The notes below the pieces were generated by a model. That model ran no database searches and was not told where the DNA came from. It saw nothing but the letters and a program-made list of their open reading frames with translations. Position numbers and translations under genes: made by a program. Below, one piece after another: positions 60,612 to 64,000 of a stretch of DNA of 64,000 bases. Origin of the DNA: a virus; IMG/VR virus record IMGVR_UViG_3300020446_000009, positions 4,560 to 68,559 of that record; one strand, 5' to 3'. Each line of letters begins with the position of its first letter. Position 1 is the stretch's first letter.

Positions 60612-60752
60612 CTAATATATTGTCTCCGCGTTGGACACCTCCGTGATAAGCACTTGCGCCAACGACTGAACCATAGTAGGATTACCAGCGGCATCATAAA
60701 TGTCATTCGCCAGCTGATATATCACCTCTTTATCCGATTGATTTAATTTCAT
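60612..60752 (-). CDS. Small hypothetical protein (46 aa; not in ORF track)
   Basis: MKLNQSDKEVIYQLANDIYDAAGNPTMVQSLAQVLITEVSNAETIY*; starts 1 nt after the upstream stop. Confidence 0.5.
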   Translation of the reverse strand: MKLNQSDKEVIYQLANDIYDAAGNPTMVQSLAQVLITEVSNAETIY

Positions 60753-60753
60753 T

Positions 60754-61002
60754 TTAATTTATCTCCATTACGTGAATAAGTGAGTCATCAATTTTTACTA
60801 ATATGTCTTCTAACTTTTCAAACATCGATAGTGATAAATGTGTGGCGGCTGCACGATGAATTTTATCATAATAATAACCATCAAACAAACCAAATAACAT
60901 GTTTTTTAATTCAGCGTCATCAACTTGCTGAATACAATCTAATACAAAACGTGTATCACACATTTCAAACACCTCATGTCTATCAAATCTTTTATATGCC
61001 AT
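60754..61002 (-). CDS. Early hypothetical protein
   Basis: AAAGGTTATG start context directly below a host-type promoter. Confidence 0.6.
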   Translation of the reverse strand: MAYKRFDRHEVFEMCDTRFVLDCIQQVDDAELKNMLFGLFDGYYYDKIHRAAATHLSLSMFEKLEDILVKIDDSLIHVMEIN

Positions 61003-61022
61003 AACCTTTATTATTTACGTCG

Positions 61023-61054
61023 TAAATATACGATAAAAATTTAACATATCCAAA
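61023..61054 (-). promoter_or_regulatory. Bacteroidota-type (-33/-7) promoter
   Basis: TTTG-N20-TATATTTA. Confidence 0.7.
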
Positions 61055-61369
61055 CATTTCCATATAAAAAACGTGAACAATTGCGGTTCACAAGTATATA
61101 TTTGAGTTGTTTCGAAAAATTTGGATGCGCAACATAAATGGGTTAATACCCCCTCGCTTTTATCCTATATAACACCCCATATGTTTGACAGACACCATTC
61201 ATACTTTAATATAACAACAACTAAAACATAAATTGTTTGACACATTAACACCTTGTTGGTCATACTTTACATTTGGAAATTGAACCAAGGCTTATCTCAC
61301 CATGAATCAATCGTAAAAACCGTATACCAAAAATAAATGTAACCAACAATTATTATACCCAGGCAAATC

Positions 61370-61507
61370 CTATCTCGCACCCTTACGTTTATAATAATCG
61401 TTCTTGCTCATACGCTTTGGTTTACGTGTAGATGCTGTTGAACGCTTGTTGATAGCCAACCATTCCATTAGTTGTGTGTATCGCTGTTTTGCACTTGTTT
61501 TACTCAT
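61370..61507 (-). CDS. Small basic protein (45 aa; not in ORF track)
   Basis: MSKTSAKQRYTQLMEWLAINKRSTASTRKPKRMSKNDYYKRKGAR*. Confidence 0.5.
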   Translation of the reverse strand: MSKTSAKQRYTQLMEWLAINKRSTASTRKPKRMSKNDYYKRKGAR

Positions 61508-61518
61508 GTATCTATTGT

Positions 61519-61746
61519 TTATAGTTTATTAAATTGTATGTTTATCTCACCCTGATTATTCGCTGGAATATTATATCCAAATCCCCATCGCTCACATACC
61601 CCAATTATCTTCATCCGCATTGCCTTACTTTGACCCGTTATCACTTTATAATCAAAATCACCCTTAACCGAGGCCATCAATAAAGTATCCTCAACCAACT
61701 CCGAGGCATCATCATGATTCATTCCATGTAAATCTATTGTAGCCAT
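61519..61746 (-). CDS. Stand-alone Smr/MutS2-type domain protein
   Basis: IDLHGM...KVITGQS matches the Smr LDLHG and IITG motifs. Confidence 0.7.
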   Translation of the reverse strand: MATIDLHGMNHDDASELVEDTLLMASVKGDFDYKVITGQSKAMRMKIIGVCERWGFGYNIPANNQGEINIQFNKL

Positions 61747-61898
61747 CCTTTAATTATGTTTATTACAATAAAAAGGTTACAAATAATAGCTTGTAGTACT
61801 ATAAATGTCCTCCACAATGCTACTTGATCGGCTGATTTATTATCCTCACCAACTTTCTCACCTAAGGCCCTTGCCCAATGTTTCCATAACTGTCTCAT
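61734..61898 (-). CDS. Small membrane protein (54 aa; not in ORF track)
   Basis: MRQLWKHWARALGEKVGEDNKSADQVALWRTFIVLQAIICNLFIVINIIKGWLQ*; WAxALGEK pattern recalled from aquatic myoviruses. Confidence 0.6.
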   Translation of the reverse strand: MRQLWKHWARALGEKVGEDNKSADQVALWRTFIVLQAIICNLFIVINIIKGWLQ

Positions 61899-61958
61899 AT
61901 TGTATATACGTATTAAAATGTGATAGTGTGTAGTAAAGAGCTTCGTGCTGCTTTTTTT

Positions 61959-62087
61959 TTATCTACCCCTACCCGATTTTTTTATACCAACATTTCTAAT
62001 TGTTTTATTCCTACCTTTGCCTTTTATTTTACCTTGCTTTCCACCCACCTTTTTATCATGCTTGTTTCCAAAAAATTTACTACTCAT
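61959..62087 (-). CDS. Small Lys/Gly/Arg-rich protein (42 aa; not in ORF track)
   Basis: MSSKFFGNKHDKKVGGKQGKIKGKGRNKTIRNVGIKKSGRGR*. Confidence 0.55.
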   Translation of the reverse strand: MSSKFFGNKHDKKVGGKQGKIKGKGRNKTIRNVGIKKSGRGR

Positions 62088-62108
62088 ATTTAAAATATTT
62101 TAAGTTAA

Positions 62109-62399
62109 TTATAATAACCTTATCATGTCTTCTTCGTCACCCGAATCATAATACTTATCATATAACCTTTGATCTTTTTTCCAACACTTAGTACATACTT
62201 TACCTCGCCTTATTGCTTTAACCATTTCATCATATGTTACTATTTCATATTCCTCTTCCTTAGTTAATTTTTGCTGTGTAAAATCATTATCAATACGAAT
62301 AAGTTTTTCCTCCATCCACTCCAATACTGGTGATTCTGGAATGTACATTGGAACAACACCCACTGTTCCAAAACACCATTCACATTTCAATTTTGACAT
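62109..62399 (-). CDS. Hypothetical protein with split CxxC pairs
   Basis: CEWC...CTKC. Confidence 0.5.
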   Translation of the reverse strand: MSKLKCEWCFGTVGVVPMYIPESPVLEWMEEKLIRIDNDFTQQKLTKEEEYEIVTYDEMVKAIRRGKVCTKCWKKDQRLYDKYYDSGDEEDMIRLL

Positions 62400-63112
62400 T
62401 GTATAAGTTCTTGTTTATGCCCATCAAACATATCTTTAGTAGCGCGTTTCCAATCTAAAACCGGATCTGGATTATTATATGTTAAAGCATTTTGGTTAAT
62501 TTCCTCACCATTATGTCTTAGTTTATCTGTGTTACCATATAAATCCATACAAGTTGTCCAACCTGTCATATGATGTCCTGGTTCACAAATGTGTTTTAAA
62601 TTTAATAAATCATGTCCCAATTCATGATACATAAACATAAGTCTATGAGGTAAGGACATCATTCCCCAATTATAATCTTCACCATCTGGGACAGATATAA
62701 ATACTAAATCATCATTGCATGCACCACCTGTCCAACCTGTTGAATCACCCCTACTACCTGGAGTTCCATAACCTGCCCATATTACTCTTTCAATTTTATC
62801 CCTAAAATATAAACCATGAGCTTCGGCTTCATCTAAAAATACCTCTAAATAATCATTTGGTGTTGATTCTGGGTCTACTAATCTAGAGTAATATTCATCT
62901 GTTTCCCATGAAGTATTTATTTCATTAGTTGTAGTTGGACCTGCTGTACCAGTAGGAGGAGCTGGAATACCCAGCACCTCCATTATTAAATCTACTTTTT
63001 CCTCTAGCACTTCTATTTCTGGTTCTATCGTTTCATCTTTTGAACATGAACATAAAGTTAATAAACCATATGTTGCTAGACCTAGCATTATAACTTCTAA
63101 TACTCGTTTCAT
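62387..63112 (-). CDS. Lipoprotein zinc metallopeptidase (zincin)
   Basis: Lipobox LCS-C-SKDE; MYHELGHDLLNLKH zinc motif with a downstream Met. Confidence 0.7.
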   Translation of the reverse strand: MKRVLEVIMLGLATYGLLTLCSCSKDETIEPEIEVLEEKVDLIMEVLGIPAPPTGTAGPTTTNEINTSWETDEYYSRLVDPESTPNDYLEVFLDEAEAHGLYFRDKIERVIWAGYGTPGSRGDSTGWTGGACNDDLVFISVPDGEDYNWGMMSLPHRLMFMYHELGHDLLNLKHICEPGHHMTGWTTCMDLYGNTDKLRHNGEEINQNALTYNNPDPVLDWKRATKDMFDGHKQELIQCQN

Positions 63113-63113
63113 A

Positions 63114-63461
63114 TTAAGCTACTTCTAATAAACTAGGTGAAACTCTAATTTCTCCTGCAATACGACCTTCAGGAACATTAGTTTTTACAACTTTAATATT
63201 TTTAGACATAATCTTAATTACTCTAAATCTATCATTTTCATTAACCGTTCTATGATTAATTTTAACAATGTCACCTACTTTAAGTGATTCTTTAGTCATT
63301 CTAACAGTTGAAGCACCTTTTTCTAATTTCATTGTACTTCTTAAACCTTTATCATCAAAACGGATTGTACCTAAAGAAATTTTAGCACCATACTTTTCTT
63401 CTAATTGAGAAATAGCATTTTGAAAATCATTTCTAAAATTTTTAACTTCTGTTTTTGTCAT
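63114..63461 (-). CDS. Early hypothetical protein with SH3/KOW-like C-terminus
   Basis: LKVGDIVKINH...FRVIKIMSKNIKV; below a host-type promoter. Confidence 0.55.
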   Translation of the reverse strand: MTKTEVKNFRNDFQNAISQLEEKYGAKISLGTIRFDDKGLRSTMKLEKGASTVRMTKESLKVGDIVKINHRTVNENDRFRVIKIMSKNIKVVKTNVPEGRIAGEIRVSPSLLEVA

Positions 63462-63496
63462 AACCTTTATTTTAAATTAATTACTTATTTACCCTG

Positions 63497-63528
63497 TAAA
63501 TATACGAACAATATTTCGGGTAACCAAA
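63497..63528 (-). promoter_or_regulatory. Bacteroidota-type (-33/-7) promoter
   Basis: TTTG-N20-TATATTTA. Confidence 0.7.
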
Positions 63529-63530
63529 TT

Positions 63531-64000
63531 TTAATTGCTAAGTGGTGCTTTAATTGCTGGATGAGACTTATAATCCGTTAAAATAGCATCAAAATCACCT
63601 CTATAAATGTCATAATAAGTTAAACCTAATTTAGGTAATTCAAAACTATATCTGTCTATTTGTTCTTCAGCTTGTTCAATATGATTTTTATATAAATGAA
63701 TATCACCAAATCTTCCTATAAGTTCCCCAGGTTCATATCCTGTTTCAGCACATAATAATTCAAGTAATAAACCATAACTACTAATATTAAATGGTACACC
63801 TAAAAATAAATCGGCTGAACGTTGATTCCACATTAAACTTAATTTATTATCCGCTACATAACACTGAAATGAATAATGACAAGGTGGTAAAGTCATATAA
63901 GGTAAATCCTCTACATTCCAAGCTGATACTATATGTCTTCTACTATCGGGTTCATTAATTAATCCTACTATAAGATTTTCTAATTGGTCTATACCATTCC
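63531..64000 (-). CDS. thyA: Thymidylate synthase, C-terminal part (runs off right edge)
   Basis: Frame open to the edge: GIDQL...PDSRRHIVSAWN...LPPCH...QRSADLFLGVPFN...GDIHLYKNH. Confidence 0.95.
   Translation of the reverse strand, partial: NGIDQLENLIVGLINEPDSRRHIVSAWNVEDLPYMTLPPCHYSFQCYVADNKLSLMWNQRSADLFLGVPFNISSYGLLLELLCAETGYEPGELIGRFGDIHLYKNHIEQAEEQIDRYSFELPKLGLTYYDIYRGDFDAILTDYKSHPAIKAPLSN

Noticed and set aside
60509-60706. 65-aa minus-strand ORF from the track
   Set aside because: Atypical composition; a better-coupled ORF (60612..60752) occupies another frame.
1-64000. Stop-codon reassignment, tRNA genes, introns/inteins, integrase or IS elements
   Set aside because: Recognisable genes are intact under code 11, coding density is high, and no cloverleaf, homing endonuclease, intein or transposase motifs were seen by eye.

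Overview
This is an AT-rich segment of a large contractile-tailed (myovirus-like) bacteriophage genome, almost entirely coded on the minus strand. The host is most likely Bacteroidota, judged from TTTG-N19/20-TAnnTT(T/A) promoters, no Shine-Dalgarno sites and C-S/D-K-D/Q-E/D lipoprotein signals. Read in transcription order (right to left), the window has four parts: (1) an early/accessory region with partial thyA, lipoproteins, Smr, DUF932-like and HD proteins and a small inverted thioredoxin/zinc-finger island; (2) a gp55-like late sigma factor; (3) a baseplate module (spike/hub, gp25-like, gp6-like, large wedge proteins); (4) about 35 kb of tail fibre and receptor-binding genes (Gly-Thr-Ser collagen-like, Pro-rich/Cys-rich, Kelch-like propeller, Gly-rich and S74-chaperone types). 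Two cassettes of protein-modifying enzymes sit among the fibre genes: eight 2OG-Fe(II) oxygenase domains, a carbamoyltransferase, a GT9-like enzyme and a four-domain glycosyltransferase. The strongest candidate for an undescribed system is a eukaryote-style hydroxyproline/serine O-glycosylation pathway: a prolyl 4-hydroxylase and a GT95/96-like + O-FucT-like + 2x GT60-like fusion encoded directly beside extensin-like (S/T)PP-repeat virion proteins. The structural proteins also show a virion-wide excess of [ST]-[GAS]-S tripeptides. Other notable signals are a compact GC-rich three-way-junction RNA in a late 5' UTR, nucleotide-identical junctions between receptor-binding modules, two promoter classes and several small ORFs missing from the supplied track. 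All family assignments come from motif recognition by eye; no searches were run.
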